Source: Lytechinus pictus
Taxonomy: Eukaryota
Assembly (NCBI RefSeq): GCF_037042905.1
Contig: NC_087263.1
Span: 8,310,001 to 8,374,000 of the forward strand
DNA: 64,000 nucleotides
Direction: 5' to 3'
Shown here: in pieces, positions 30,301 to 44,600 of the stretch
Numbering within the stretch: the first letter of the stretch is position 1
Layout: each line of letters begins with the position of its first letter
Translations under genes and position numbers: made by a program
The notes under the pieces: generated by a model
What the model was told of the DNA's origin: nothing
Seen by the model: the letters and a program-made list of their open reading frames with translations, nothing else
Database searches by the model: none

Positions 30301-33300
30301 AAGACTGTACTTTACTAAAATGAATTCATACTGAGTTACAATGTATTATCTATATGATGTTAAATTCTCATTCTCTTTTCTTTTATTGTGAATGGTTTTT
30401 ATCATGACTCTTTCTGTTCTACCTCTTCCACCTTCTCTGTCTCCCCTCTCTTTCTGTTTCTCTCTCTCTAATTTATGTGTATGCATATGTGTGTGTGTTT
30501 TATTGTTACATATGTATTTTTAATGTATAATTTGTATTATGTTATAATGTATAACCTGTATTATAATGTTTACCCTAAATGTTTATGTTGGGACCCTGCT
30601 TACAAGCACTGTGCTTATTAAGGGTATCCCTCCATTTTTAAACTATGTATCGGTATTTTATGTCATATTTTTTATGTACACTGATTTTTAAAGATGGTGA
30701 ATAAATTGATAAATGATTGATAAATGATAAAAAAAAAACATACAACACACTGGAAGCACAGAAAGGGGGGAATGGAGTTTCGTACAGAAGGTTTATCGTA
30801 TTGACCTAATGCAACAATAATTACAATACACATCTGTACAATTTCAGACACATGAAAATAAATGTAAAAAAAATCTCGTACTTCATGTTTCTATTACATT
30901 CCACCAGTCGTTATTGATTTTCCAAATGAAGTTAATACATAATTATTCCTTAAGCGCAATCACAAACTGATACCTCCGATTACGTTTATTGGAAAAACTC
31001 AAAATGTGTAACTTACCAATAGCCTCTATCTTATATGTTTTATTCTAGGTATCTTAAAGTGTTTTTTCCCCTCGATACACGAATCGTTCCGTATTAATTT
31101 AATAGTCCGTGGATTTGTTTGGAAATTGTATTTTTAATCTTATCCTTGTTTATACATCTTTTTTTTCGCAGACTTTTTTAACATCGGTTTTATCACCTGC
31201 TCTTCCATCTGCTAATTGTTTCTGGTTTGGTTTAAGTCGAAACTCAGATAGTGATCCATTTACCTGGAATGATGATGCTAACTTGAGGTAGGTTTCTTTT
31301 ATTTTCATAATAATGACTAGAAATATGTCCCGGATTAGCATTTCACTTCAATTGTACACACTAAGAAATAAAGGTTTAAAGTTGAACCCCGAAAGGTTGA
31401 TGCAAAATCAGCACCCTGTGGGTTCAAAAATTGAACCCCTGATTTGGGGTTCCAAAAATGCATTTTTGCACCCTACGGGTTCAAAACTGCACCCCAACCG
31501 CAGGGTTCAATTTTTGAACCCATAGGGCACTGATTTTGCATCAACCTTTCGGGGTTCAATTTTGAACCTTTATTTCTTAGTGTGTATCTAAATGAATACA
31601 GTAAAATTTACAGAGCAAAATGATGAAAGTTTCATCCAAATCAGATAACAAATAACAAAGTTACTAATTTCAAAGTTTTTTGTGCAGCTCAAAACTTTTT
31701 GCGCGGATGAAATCACACTTGACGGATGCTCGATTGATTGAGCGAATGAAACGCGTAGATTACACGACTGATGTATAACGTTTTCAAACAAACGGATGGC
31801 AATATTTTTTTTTTACGTTATACAACCTTTTTGCATTCGACCGGGCCTTGTACGTCTACATGTATACGCCACACAGGTCCATTTTTTAGGTATTCTTCGC
31901 ATATAGATGTTAGAAACTCTTCTACATTATCATCATCCTAACCGCGGATAAAAAGACAACTCTTGAATACAATATTGCTCAATACATGCTAGGCGAGTTA
32001 GGTGGTGGGTTAGGTAGTTATCACTTATAGACTTCATGTATATTATATTTGTAATAATTATACCATTGTCATTGATAGAAGTGTTACTCTTTTTTATCAT
32101 CCCAAACAGTTATTTTCGGTGACCCAACGTAAAAAAAAACGTACTGCATGCATCCAATTTTCCTCCTGTAATACGAAGTATTATGAATCAATATGTTACA
32201 TTTCATCTGTATATAATGTCTTATTTTATGCTTTTTATGCTTTGTACATTTGTAATTTTGTATTTTTTATGGAAAATGAATAAATGAATTCAACCCAATC
32301 TCCTTCAAGCAACTATTAACAATATGATGTCGTAGTTCTACTCGTAAACATACATTTGTAGTCAACCTCAACTTTCAAGAAAACTTGTTGTGAATTGTTT
32401 ATTTTTTATTTTTATAAAATAATAATAATAAAGACACTCTATTGACGCACCCTCGATCACAACCTCGCATTGATTCAGACAACCATCATCCAGATTTCTC
32501 TAAAAATGAATTATGTCCTTTCCTACCTTTTACTTGAGTGACCCTCAATGGGTTCCTGGTGAGCCATCAGGTTCTTCCGGACGGTCCTGTGGGTGTCTGT
32601 GGTCTGATGGTAACAATGTTGACAATCATGGTCGATGGGACAGTAGGACCTGTGGAGACGCACTGCCTTACATCTGTGAAAGACCACAAAGTAAATTATG
32701 ATTGTTTATCTTCGAGTACTGTATAATAGCTTACTATCATTCCACATTGTAATAAGGCATAATTAAGAATTATACACACAAGATACATTGGAATAGTTCT
32801 AAGTGTAACAGTTGTCTGTAATTATTCAATGGCAATTAAGTAAATGATATGTATTATAAATTTCATAGGTTAGTGATGGTGATCCTTATTTAAAAATCAT
32901 CCTCGTCTCAAAACCATGACCGGTTAATAGCAAAAGGTCGTAATTTGAAAGAATTTTTTTATAGTAATTATATAGCGCACGTTTCCACCTTGTTAGATGC
33001 TGAATGTGCTCCTATATTACCCCGGCTAAGCGAGTCTACCTATTACGGTGCTCACAGCTTTTGAAGAATTATTCTCTGTCCGTCGATACAAATTTACCTC
33101 ACCTGGGGCCGTTTCATGAAGCTGTTCGTAAGTTAAGAACGACTCTAAGAACGACTAGTGATCCTTTCTTACGCGCCAAACCATCGCCAATGAACATTTT
33201 GGTACATACTATTTACCACAAGAAATGATCACCATACAGTCGTTCTTAAAGTCGCTCTTAACCTACGAACAGCTTTATGAAACACCCAGCTGGGTTTAGT

Positions 33301-35739
33301 GCAGCACAATGCTGGGTTTAGTGCAGCACAATGTGGGTAAATTTCTTGCTGAAGAAAAAGACACTATGGCTGGTAATCGAACCTACCACCCTCGGATTGA
33401 AAGACGAGAGTCTTAACCACTAGACCACCCCCCCCCCCCCAGTACTAGTCATTAGTAGTCATTCGGTAGGCTAAGATAAGATACTGGTATCGTTATATAT
33501 TTTAGAAAATCATTTGATTAGGTACATAATTATTACCATTATGTAAAGAATGTCAAACTCAATTATGAATTTGCAGATAAAATCAATGATAAAATTGATG
33601 TTTAGATTGTTATATGATTTCATGTACTTTCATAAGCAGCAACACAGTCACAAAGTCTGAAAATTCAAACTTTTCATAAAATATAATTCTCCTCTTACAC
33701 AGTCCCACTTAATGGAAAGTGGATAGAAATTGCAGCAGTGAAAGATGTGCAGTATTACTTCTCAACATTTCCATCGAATTATTTTGATGCAAACGAGTAT
33801 TGTCGGCAAATAGGAGGACATTTGGCACAATTGAAAACATCAATGATTCACGTAAGTTAGTTACATCAACAAGAAACTATCCTTTAAGCTCGATACCTGC
33901 AAGAAAATACACTGTAAAAGAAATTAGTTGAAATTACTAAATAAAAATTGTTTCAACAAATTGCCTTAATCTTTTCAGGTATTTATGAGTTTGGCAGTTT
34001 TAAGTAAACTTTACTTATTTTCTTTGCATCCATTTCACTCAAGAAAATTAAGTTACAATAACTCAATTCATTTTAGTAAAACAATCACTAAAATGTTTGG
34101 AAAAATCAAATGGGGGAGTGGACTTCCGTTATTTGAAAGTCCGTTCCCCTATCGTCCCACTGTTACTTTAGTGGCATCATTTTCAACTTAGACATCTTTT
34201 ATCCAAATATTAGACTTTGTGCATTTTCACTTACCTGTTACATGTATAGGTACTTACATTGATATTTATACGCGATCGTTTCATTCTTACAAATAAAACA
34301 GTGAGAACAATATAATCATGTTCCGAAAACCTAAAAAGGCATCTGAAATTTTCTGCTAAATGACTATTTAATATTGCTCTTTCTTTGATTCAACAAAAGA
34401 ATAAAATAGTTAGCACACCCTTATCCGAAAAAAAGTTCAAACACAAATAGATATGACATTTATTAAAAAAAAAACCAAACATTTACTTGCTTAACATGTC
34501 TAATGAATATTCATGCATTACTTAAATAAGGCGTTAATTGAAAAATATAAGTACATTCAACAAGAATTTATAACTAATAATCATCTTTGCCTAAGTTGAG
34601 TTAGATTTACTCAATCAAAGCAAGCCAGCAATACGTGAATTTTCTTAAATGTATATTGAACCCAAATAAATCAAGTAAATTAAAAGACAAGTTAAAACTA
34701 CTTTTAGAAAATGAAAAATAATTACAAATTAGAAATTCTACTTATATTCATTAAGTATTAACTACTGATTCATTTCTTTTTTACAGTGTACCAGACAGTT
34801 TTTTTTTCTTGCCACTTCTTCTTTCGTTGAAGCTACGCTTGATTCATAGTTTTAGCCATCTAATTTGCAATTGTCGCATTCATTTTGTACACCATGTACA
34901 GAGCCAAGAGTAGTAAAGATTTACACTACATTATTGGACGGGAGGGGGGAGGGCGTATGTGGCTGCTTGCTATGAAGGCGTTATATTGTCTTTGATTTTA
35001 TATATGTATACATATAACAAAAAATAGTTCGATTTTCTTACATATGATATTTTTTCCCTAAAATTCTTTCAGTATCTGATCAATGTTACCGTGAGTACTC
35101 TAAATTTCATACAAAATATAATACCCAAAAAATGACAAAATTTAAACTTGAAAACAAAATAACGAATGAAACATATTCTAATCGATATTTCCCAAAGAGA
35201 AATTTCGGGATTGTATAACAGACAACAGTTTTCAGCATTCAGTTATATCTAACAATTCATTCCTCCAAATTCTTTATTTTTTCTCCATGGTTTGCAGACA
35301 GCAGTGACAACTCAATTTGGAGATATGCAGGTCTACAGGTTTTTCTTTGGGCTAGATGATCTGAGTAACGAAAATAAATTTAGATGGGCTGATGGCACAT
35401 TATTGAGCGAAACGGGGTAAGATTATCGTACCATATTTCTTCCCTCATTTTCGTGAACTTCTCAGTTACATTTACTACATCATTAAAAGTTATAGTAGTT
35501 GTAGTAGAGGTAGTACAGGGGCTGCGGAAACTGGGGGGCTTCAGCCCCCCCCCCCCCCCCCATTTTTTCCAAAACCGTGTACAAAAACGTAAAAATTACC
35601 ATAGGATCGTGATTTTTTGCATGGTCACCCCCCCCCCCCACTTTGAAAACCGTTCCGTAGCCCTTGTAGTAATAGTGGTAGTAGTAGTAGTGGTAGTAGT
35701 AGTTGTTGTTGTAGTAGAAGTAGTAGAAGTAGTAGAAGT

Positions 35740-35787
<48 letters not shown>

Positions 35788-38195
35788 AAATTAGTAGTAG
35801 TAGAGAAAAGTTTTCAACGTAGATTTCAACGTAGACGACGCCACCGCCGTCGTCACCGTCGCCGTCAGAAAAACGGTGCCTATAATCACGCTTTGCTGAG
35901 TGCTAGCGAGACAAAAATGTAATTTCCCGGCTAAAGAGTTAAATTTAAAACTTGCGTTACTCATTCATTCAATGTTATATCCATGGTAACACTCTGAAAG
36001 TTAGGCCTAAATTAGGCTTGTTTCACACTTAGAAGGATTTTGAGGAAAATAAATTCCTATTTGACTACGTGTTAATTGACATATTATGTCAATGATCATG
36101 TCCGATGCGATCACTGTAAAAAAAAAAAACCTTGCCTTATAAGGGAGTCCTTACTCCATTGCTTCCCTGGTTAGCAATTCAAAACTGCTCATCTCATAAT
36201 AATGCTTATTTCCGACTTGCCTTTTATTGGAAGTTAGAAATAATGAATAGTAATAAAAAGCTGTACAACTTCAATCATAATTGTAAATATTGTAAGATAA
36301 CTAAAAATGTAATTTGAAATGACTCAAGATAAATGAAACATTTTTTTTAATGTTTACCCTAAGAAAGGGGAAAGGAAACGGGATATCGATATTTGACCCG
36401 TCGCATATTCAGCTACATTACATGCATTGAAATGTTTCACGAATTAATATATTTTTATCATTATTTTCATCCGTTTTATGTCATTGTCAATGCATGCTCG
36501 TTTGAATTTACTCTACTTATTCAAATATTGCTACTAACAATATAGCCTCGATTAACCCTTTTAATTAGTAAAACCTATTCGTCTACATACTAAAATGTAA
36601 GCAATTTATCAATAACATAATTATATGATTGCACCAATTCGCAGATATTCAACATGGATTGGGTCAAACCCGGATAATTATGCAGGGTACGAACATTGTG
36701 TGGAGATGAATCACAACGGTGGTTGGAATGATCGATATTGTAGCGATCGATTACGATTTGTGTGCGAGAAACCAGAAGGTAGGTCTGAATCAATTACATA
36801 ATTTATTGGGGATCTTCACCCAGCGACGTACAGAGATCCAAGAACAAAGAAAATGTATTGTCAAATACCCTTCATGACAAAGCACAGCCAAGGAGTCTTT
36901 GTCGAAATTTGATGATTCAAAACAACAGTTCCGGACAATCGACATATCATATCAAGTCCTTTTACGCCTTTTGGACCCCTTGCGCGCGCCAATGCTCAGC
37001 GGCGCACGCACAGTCGCACAAGCGCAGCCCGGCGAGCGCTAGGGCACGGTGGCCGTGGCCCCTGCCTGCTGCACTGCATGCACTGCGCTGTCAGCATATT
37101 AGGTACAGTACGCGCCCGGCCCGAATATGACAACTTTTGCCATTGACTTGTCGTCTGACACATGTTTATTTAAAGCTAAAACGCGAACGCGAAGTTTGAC
37201 CAATGAACATCATTCTTACATCATCGTAAAGCTTAGAGAAAACTGCACAATGACTCATGGGAACTAAGCTGTAAGATACCATCAAGCGAAATTGGATCGA
37301 GTGGGAAATCGTTTGTGGTGACATAAAGTAGGATTTTACGTTGAGTTTCATCCTATTTTTGATATGAAAGGGATGTTTTTGACCCCAAAACGCGAATGTA
37401 ATTAACATCTTTTCAAAAAATTCAATTATTTAATGGATATAATATGATATCATCAGCATTATATCATTGGAACTACGGATAAAAGGGGAAACTTTTTCAG
37501 GAATGACAAAATTGTTAACAAAACATGAAATTTCCAATGGTATTTCCATAGAGTGGTAGACACGCGCGGAAAGCACGCGCAATTAGTGTCCCATAGGATT
37601 CGATATGTTGCATTTTTTGTAAGTTCCGAAACTTAATACGCAACTGCGGTTCCGGTTCATCAATTTGCGACAAAGACCTCTCATATGTCCTTTTTCTCTT
37701 TCATGTGAATACATTTAAGGTTTTTTTAATCGGCCATGCGTCGCGGAGCAAACAAAAAAAACAATAACCTTGTTGAAACTGAAACATTTCTCTTTTTCAT
37801 ATATATATTGTCGCACATATTTTAAATTTACATTTCACCATTTCACATCTGAGGGGGTGATATTTCCAAGGAATCATGTCCACCCCGGAGAGCAAAGTGG
37901 CCAGGGGAATCAGTCAGATGTTCTTTATAGAAAGGCATATAGGTTATAACCATTTTTATCATTACCGTCTATGTATAAGTCACATCCATTAACAGCTCCT
38001 AAATCATGTTCAGCTCGGAATCTAAGTAGCAGTACGAGAAGATTTTCAATATTTATTCAACTCATGTGAATATATCGCGATAAACATTAACATCTTCGCC
38101 ATGGTCGGCTTTGTTAATGACATAACTTGCGTACCCTCCCCCCCCCCAAAAAAAAAAGTGTATCATTATGTATACATGCCTACATGCAAATATAG

Positions 38196-38256
<61 letters not shown>

Positions 38257-38556
38257 AATGTGATCAATCTTGGTGATGTACGTGTACGGGTCTCCTTTAT
38301 AATTATATTTGAGATCAATAGTAAGGAGAGGGCCGTAGCAAGGTCAATACTCGTCTTCATCAAGCTTTCGGGCACATGTCCTTCATCAGGATCTAAACCA
38401 ATATATAAAATACAAAATACAGGCCTACTAATAATATTAGTAGGCCTGTATTTTGTATTTTATATATTGGTTTAGATCCTGATGAAGGGCATGTGCCCGA
38501 AAGCTTGATGAAGACGGGTATTGACCTTGCTACGGCCCTCTCCATACTATTGATCT

Positions 38557-38622
<66 letters not shown>

Positions 38623-41600
38623 CATAAATAAATGAAAATACCAAAAAAAAAAAAAAAAATAAGAAATAATACGAAAATAGGTAAAAGAATGTAGATGATA
38701 CAACTACTCCTACCATATAGTTTAGCTAATATTTCTAGGTTTGCAGTCGGTAAACTTTTTCTAATTTATATGATCTTTATTCTGCAGTACCTCCACTTCA
38801 TTTGATTGCGATGACGTCAACACCTTTCGGGAGCCCCGAAAACGCTCCAACTTTCTCTTGCGTACTCTCACCGGACAACACACAGAATACCATAACCTAC
38901 ACAGAGAGGGTAGTTAGACCAAGCCTCACTCCTGGAGGCTACACACTGAACGTACCGGGCTCGGATGTAACTCCAAATGGCGGACTAACACAGAACCTAC
39001 CTGATGAAGCGACGGCTGTTGGCGTTTATAAGTGCTCCACTACATCTACAATCACCGGTACTTCAACATCAGCAGATGTGACAATTCTCTCACAAGAAAG
39101 TACGTACGAATATAAAGTACATTAAAAATAGTCTGACATATGACTGAGATAATGAAATAGAAAATCAATCGACATTTCTCCATCCCATCCCGCCATAAAA
39201 ATCCTTTTATTCACCAAATACAGAAACAGCTGTCATCAAACGATTATCAGAAATAAAATAAAAATATGATTTTAAAATTCCAAATATACCACGAATTAAA
39301 GACTTGTCTTTGATCATGGAGACTGCGTTTTCTGCAACGAAATCCTTTCATATAATGATATTACCTGAAATGTGACTTTGAAAAGATGGACAAAATCATC
39401 ATACTGTTTCAAAGATTGTAGTATTTCGGATGTCAAAGTTTTAGATTTGTCATCACATTCTCCTCCTACCAACGATAAATCATTAGGATTTTTTTTTTGT
39501 AATTTCAATAATTTGGTTTTTAAAAAGTAAATATTTGAAAAGTAACTTATCTGAAAGAACATTTCTTTTTCGTAATACTGTCAAAAAGTAAAATGTTAAA
39601 GGTTTTATCGGAGTTCCTTTGACATCCTTTATTTCCAAAATGCTCAAAAGTTCTACTAAGATTGCACAGTTGTGCACATCTTGTGCCCGAGTGAACACAA
39701 ACTTTAAACTGTGTTTAATGCTTATTTTGTAAAGCATTGAATCTTTTTTTTCTTAATTCAATCAAGCAGTCACCGGATTATTGGTGACATTCATTTATAT
39801 GAATTTTCAAGCTCAATAAGAATCTTAAAAATCCCTTATTGACGACATATTGGTGGTTTTGGGTTGGTAGGTGAAATTTGAAAATGCACTTTTTTATCGC
39901 CACTTACTGAAGGTAGGGTTGGGAGATTTATCATACTTGTTTGATGCTATTTAATAATCCATATACGACAAACAAACGTTTCATTTGATCTCTCAAGTTA
40001 TGGCCGGTAACATTTGATTTGTTACACTGTAAAAAATGAAGTGCTAATTTAGCACTTACAATGCTTGTATAATGACTGCACTACGAGTGTTGATTTGCTA
40101 GAAAATTTAAACTAGAAAATAAGCACTCGTAGTGCAGTCATTATACAAGCACTGTAAGTGCTAAATTAGCACTTCATTTTCTTACAGTGTATGTTATCAA
40201 TGTTTTCTACCAATGGCCGATTGGTTTCTAGGACATTTTCAACCAAGTGACGGTCGCCTCACCAAAACAGTTTATCCCGATGATGACATCACGCTCTCAG
40301 TGTCTACCACTGATAGCTACGCATCAGGGACGGCTGAAATCCGGTGGAGCACATTCTCAAACTTTGCAGAAGGATCTTTATCTCCAAGTGGAGATGGAGC
40401 TCTGACCTATACCATTCGTTCAGCATCTAAGAGGAATGCAGATGTCTACGGAACATTTGAAAACAATGCAGTGGACAACCGTCTTTACAGCTTGATTCGC
40501 GTCATAGTTAGTGGTAAGTTGTTAATTTTGCTCTGTTCATTATTTTTTGTGTGGCAATAGTGCATGAGAAGCTAAGTGCATCTATTAGGAAAATCGCTGA
40601 AACCACGAATAAATGTTGACAATGTCACCACACATGCGCACACACCCAACCAAACATCCTCACCCACACACACACATATAGTGTGTGTGTGTATATATAT
40701 ATATAACTTAAAACAGTTAGAAGCAAATGGTATCTCACTTTGATAGTATGTTGTTGTTGTTTTTTTTCAAAGATTTTAATAGTCCGAACATACTTTCCAA
40801 CGCTTATTATTTATAGATTCTTTTCAAAATATCTCATTCTAAAAGCATGAAAATGTGGTGTCTTACCAAAATATCGAAATTAACATTAAATGACATTTTA
40901 GAATCCAAATGCACTTTAAATATATTTGCTGACATAGCTTTGGATAAGATTGACAGTGGTGTAGACTCAAAGATGTACATGTATCATGAGTTTTAGGCTT
41001 TCAGTGGTCTGATGACCGAAAATCTTCATGTTACTTTTCTTGTAGACCACCAACAATGATTATTCCAACTTGTGTTCTACCATTATCCCAGTCATCATAA
41101 GGATGACAAACATAATTAATCATTCAGGATTGTGTTGTATTTGCCATATTTTATGTTTTAATAGAATGTCCCCGTGGCCGATGGAACCTACCGTTATGTG
41201 ATCGTTTGTGTGATAACTGCTACAATGGAGGGATCTGTCATCCTCAATCAGGAACGTGTATCTGTCCTCCAGGATTCATGGGCAAGAACTGTTTAACTGG
41301 TGAGTCGCCATCTCATACTCTGTAAAATTAAATAAGGGATATTATTTCAAAGTTAAAGCAATATCAAAATCGCAGTGGAAGATAGAAATGAACACACACG
41401 GACATTAATGAGTCTCCTGTGAAAAACAACCAAGACAATCACTACGCAAATTTGGCACTTTGGCACAATCTTACATTTGCTATGTCGATTGTTTACACTT
41501 CTTGGAGAGACGTAAGATTGTTACAAGGTAAGTAGAATCTAAAAACTAAAAAGACCGAAAGAAAGATAGAGAAAAAAGAAAAGCAATTTTAGGAAATCTA

Positions 41601-44600
41601 TTTCTTTAGGGCATATTCAGAAACCACAAAACCTAGCTCTCGTTGAATACGGTTAAAATAATAAATTTTAATCGCTCGAATGACGGTTTAAATCATTGTT
41701 ATTGCAGCATGCGGGAAACACCGATTTGGATGGGAATGCGAGCTCGAATGTGGTGACGAGAAAGTCTTGGATGCTTGCAGCGGAAGTCAGATCTGCCTAC
41801 CCGATCCTTATGGATGCAACTGCCTCTCTGGTTATACAGGAATATACTGCAATGAAGGTAAGCTCTGGAGCAATAAGCAATACGAAAATAACGATACTTA
41901 TCTATATTCAGATTAAAGAGCTATAATGAGGTCATACATCGGTGTTTCGGGAACGGAATACCAATTAATCAATCCCAATCAATCGTGTCTATATTATATC
42001 TAGAAGATTATACCTGCACGTATCCAGTTAATTCACCGAAACTATAAGTCATTGTATTATCTACTTCATACAAACGCATCCTGCCAGACATAAGTATTGT
42101 CAAGTGTCGGAAAGCTTTAAATTGTCAATCATACCCTTGATTTTTTTAACTGATATAAAAGTGCGAGGTTTCCTCATTTCTAAATTGCTCCAATGTCATC
42201 GCCTGGAATTTCCCCTGTTCAACATGGTTTTATGTACCTTACGTTCTTTTATAGAACTAAATTTGTTCAAACTCATTATGCCAGGAAAATGTGTAAAAAA
42301 TAGCAACAGCTTATCAAGGGAAATTTGTCGTCCTGCCAATATGGAAGGATTTGTCATGAATTATCTCTCCTTTATGCAATGTACGTTCCTCTTATTCACT
42401 CGCTTAAATTTACAGAATGTACTCCAGGAAAGTTCGGTGTTGACTGCCTTCAATACTGTCACTGTGCAGGAGGGATGGCATGTGATGCTTTCACTGGAAG
42501 ATGTGAAGGAAGCTGCGAGGATGGTTGGTCAGGAAAAGGCTGCCAAGGTATGTTGGTGGAGGGCACTAGCGTATCCAGCATCAGCTATGACAAAGAAATG
42601 TATGGGCCCATGCACAAGCGTAATAGAGTCACTACTGTCCCCAGAAAATTGGGCCCATGAGATGCTTTGTTGGATCTGATGCTGGATTCGCGCCTGGACC
42701 GGGTCCTGTATCATAATGTTGATGACATTTCAAAGCTACTGAAACTGAAATTGTTAGTAATATTTTTTTTTATCATACCAAGTCTTGTTATTACTATCTT
42801 GTTATTTGACCGCATTAAACATTTAGCCTTTTGCGTATGCTACAATTAATGATTTTATAGGTTTTTAGCATACAGAGTAGTTTTTAGATTTTATGGTCAA
42901 CAATATAGATATATGGACTGCTTTGAGAGGCATGGTTGGTTCTAGAGGCTCAAGCGGACCGCAACGAGGGCATGGTCTGGCCGATGCGGTACCCGTGAGC
43001 CGAAAGAAACAACCGTGTCTCGAATATAAAAGCAGTCCAGATATATTTTATGCACCGAATCAAAAGTGAGATCTAGGGCCAAGTCTAGATTTTAAACAAG
43101 CTACGTCTGAAAGCCCTAGGCCCCAGGCTAAGGATAGGCCCTAACTTAGCCCTGCCCCTGACGTTAGGTCTCGAAGTCGAATACCAATGCAGTCCATATA
43201 GACTCCATACCAATTACTAGGCCTAGATCTTGATGTTTTAGGAACCAAATTACGGTCTGAACTACTAAGTTACGTTAACAGTCTTAGATCTAAATCTCCA
43301 TTAACGTCTATATCTAACGTTAGATCTCGGCTACGTCAGATTAAACGGAACATTAGTAGGCCTAGGTCTAAGTTAGTTAGGTCTAGATGTTGAGTCTACT
43401 CTTAACTCCTGAACTCCTGATCTAACGTTAGATCTCACGACAACAGTAGGCTAACGTTGTCGTTTGTCATTAACGAGTAGATCTAGTCTAGATCGTTAGT
43501 AACGTTAGACTCTTGTAAATCTAACTTTAGTGCAGTGACCGTCTTAATCTTTTCACCCGACTCACCTATTGCGAGCATGCTCTTGAACGAAACAAGTCAA
43601 CTGCAACAAGACTTGATGGTCGATACATCCGTTATGTCCTTAATAAGTTAGTCTTTTTTCAATAACGCCATATATTTTAACAGGAATTAACAAGCAAAAG
43701 TCAAATATCGGCACCTTCTTCTTCTTCTGTATCCTTCCTCCGCTGTAACGGAGATCCGCAGTTTAATACTGCATTAATATTAGCGTTACATATTTTGACG
43801 TGAGAGTAAGATAGACCGAGAGAGGTGAATCTTATGCAAAAAATTTAAGACAAGTAGGTTGAGGTCGTTTCTGGAGGAATCTGCTAATTCTACGTCAGGT
43901 ATAAAACAGGACGGAAGCGGTAAATTGTTGAGGTTCTTGATCATTGAAATGCACAGAAAAATACTGTAGTTCCTCGTCTTCTTTTATTAAGTTTAGAAGT
44001 GTTTTCCTGTGTGTGCTAAATGCTTGGCATTCTCCAACAAAATGTACAACACTTTCCAGTTCGGAGTGGCAGAACTTGCAAGACTTTGTGGTACTTTGAT
44101 TCAGAGAGAGAAACCTTCTATTCGTTGGGTATGTACTGCAGGATAGAGCTCTGATGGACATAGCTTCCCTCAGGAGAGGGCTGGAGACTTGCTTTGGGTA
44201 GTAATTCTTTTTATCACGTTGGGTCATGCCCGACCATACACCTATAGAAGATTTTTTAGCAATTGCAATTTCAAGGGCAGCATAGTGTTGTTTATAATTT
44301 TTTCCCAGTGCTAGCTTCTTCCATACTTTATATGGAATGCGATCTCTAAGGATGTTAGTGAGACTTGGAAGCTCATAACTATTGAGAATTTTTATCCAGC
44401 GTCTTACCAAAGGTGTATTGTTTGCTATACCAACAGGATTCTTTTCTCAGTGCGCTCGTCTGAAAGGCTTGCATATTGCCCAAGTAAGAGAAGAATTTCA
44501 TAGTCGATTCGCTTATCCACTGGGAGGATATCGAGCAATAAATAACCAATTTCGTCCACCGCACTCCTTGGCAAACCAAGCACTCTTTTAAAAATAAATG

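Larger units (their letters stand above)
38309..38559. repeat. 251-bp near-perfect palindrome (inverted Penelope-like terminal fragments) between (TA)n tracts
   Basis: Arms symmetric about 38434 with about 3 mismatches. Confidence 0.9.

Noticed and set aside
29168..30334. Active or domesticated reverse transcriptase
   Set aside because: 5'-truncated, has an in-frame stop, and the catalytic DD is mutated to DG.
38101..38716. Two mirror ORFs (124 aa +, 107 aa -) with similar peptides
   Set aside because: Artefact of the palindrome plus (TA)n (YI repeats).
42104..42679. 191-aa ORF
   Set aside because: Off-frame overlap of EGF exon 15; no recognisable protein.
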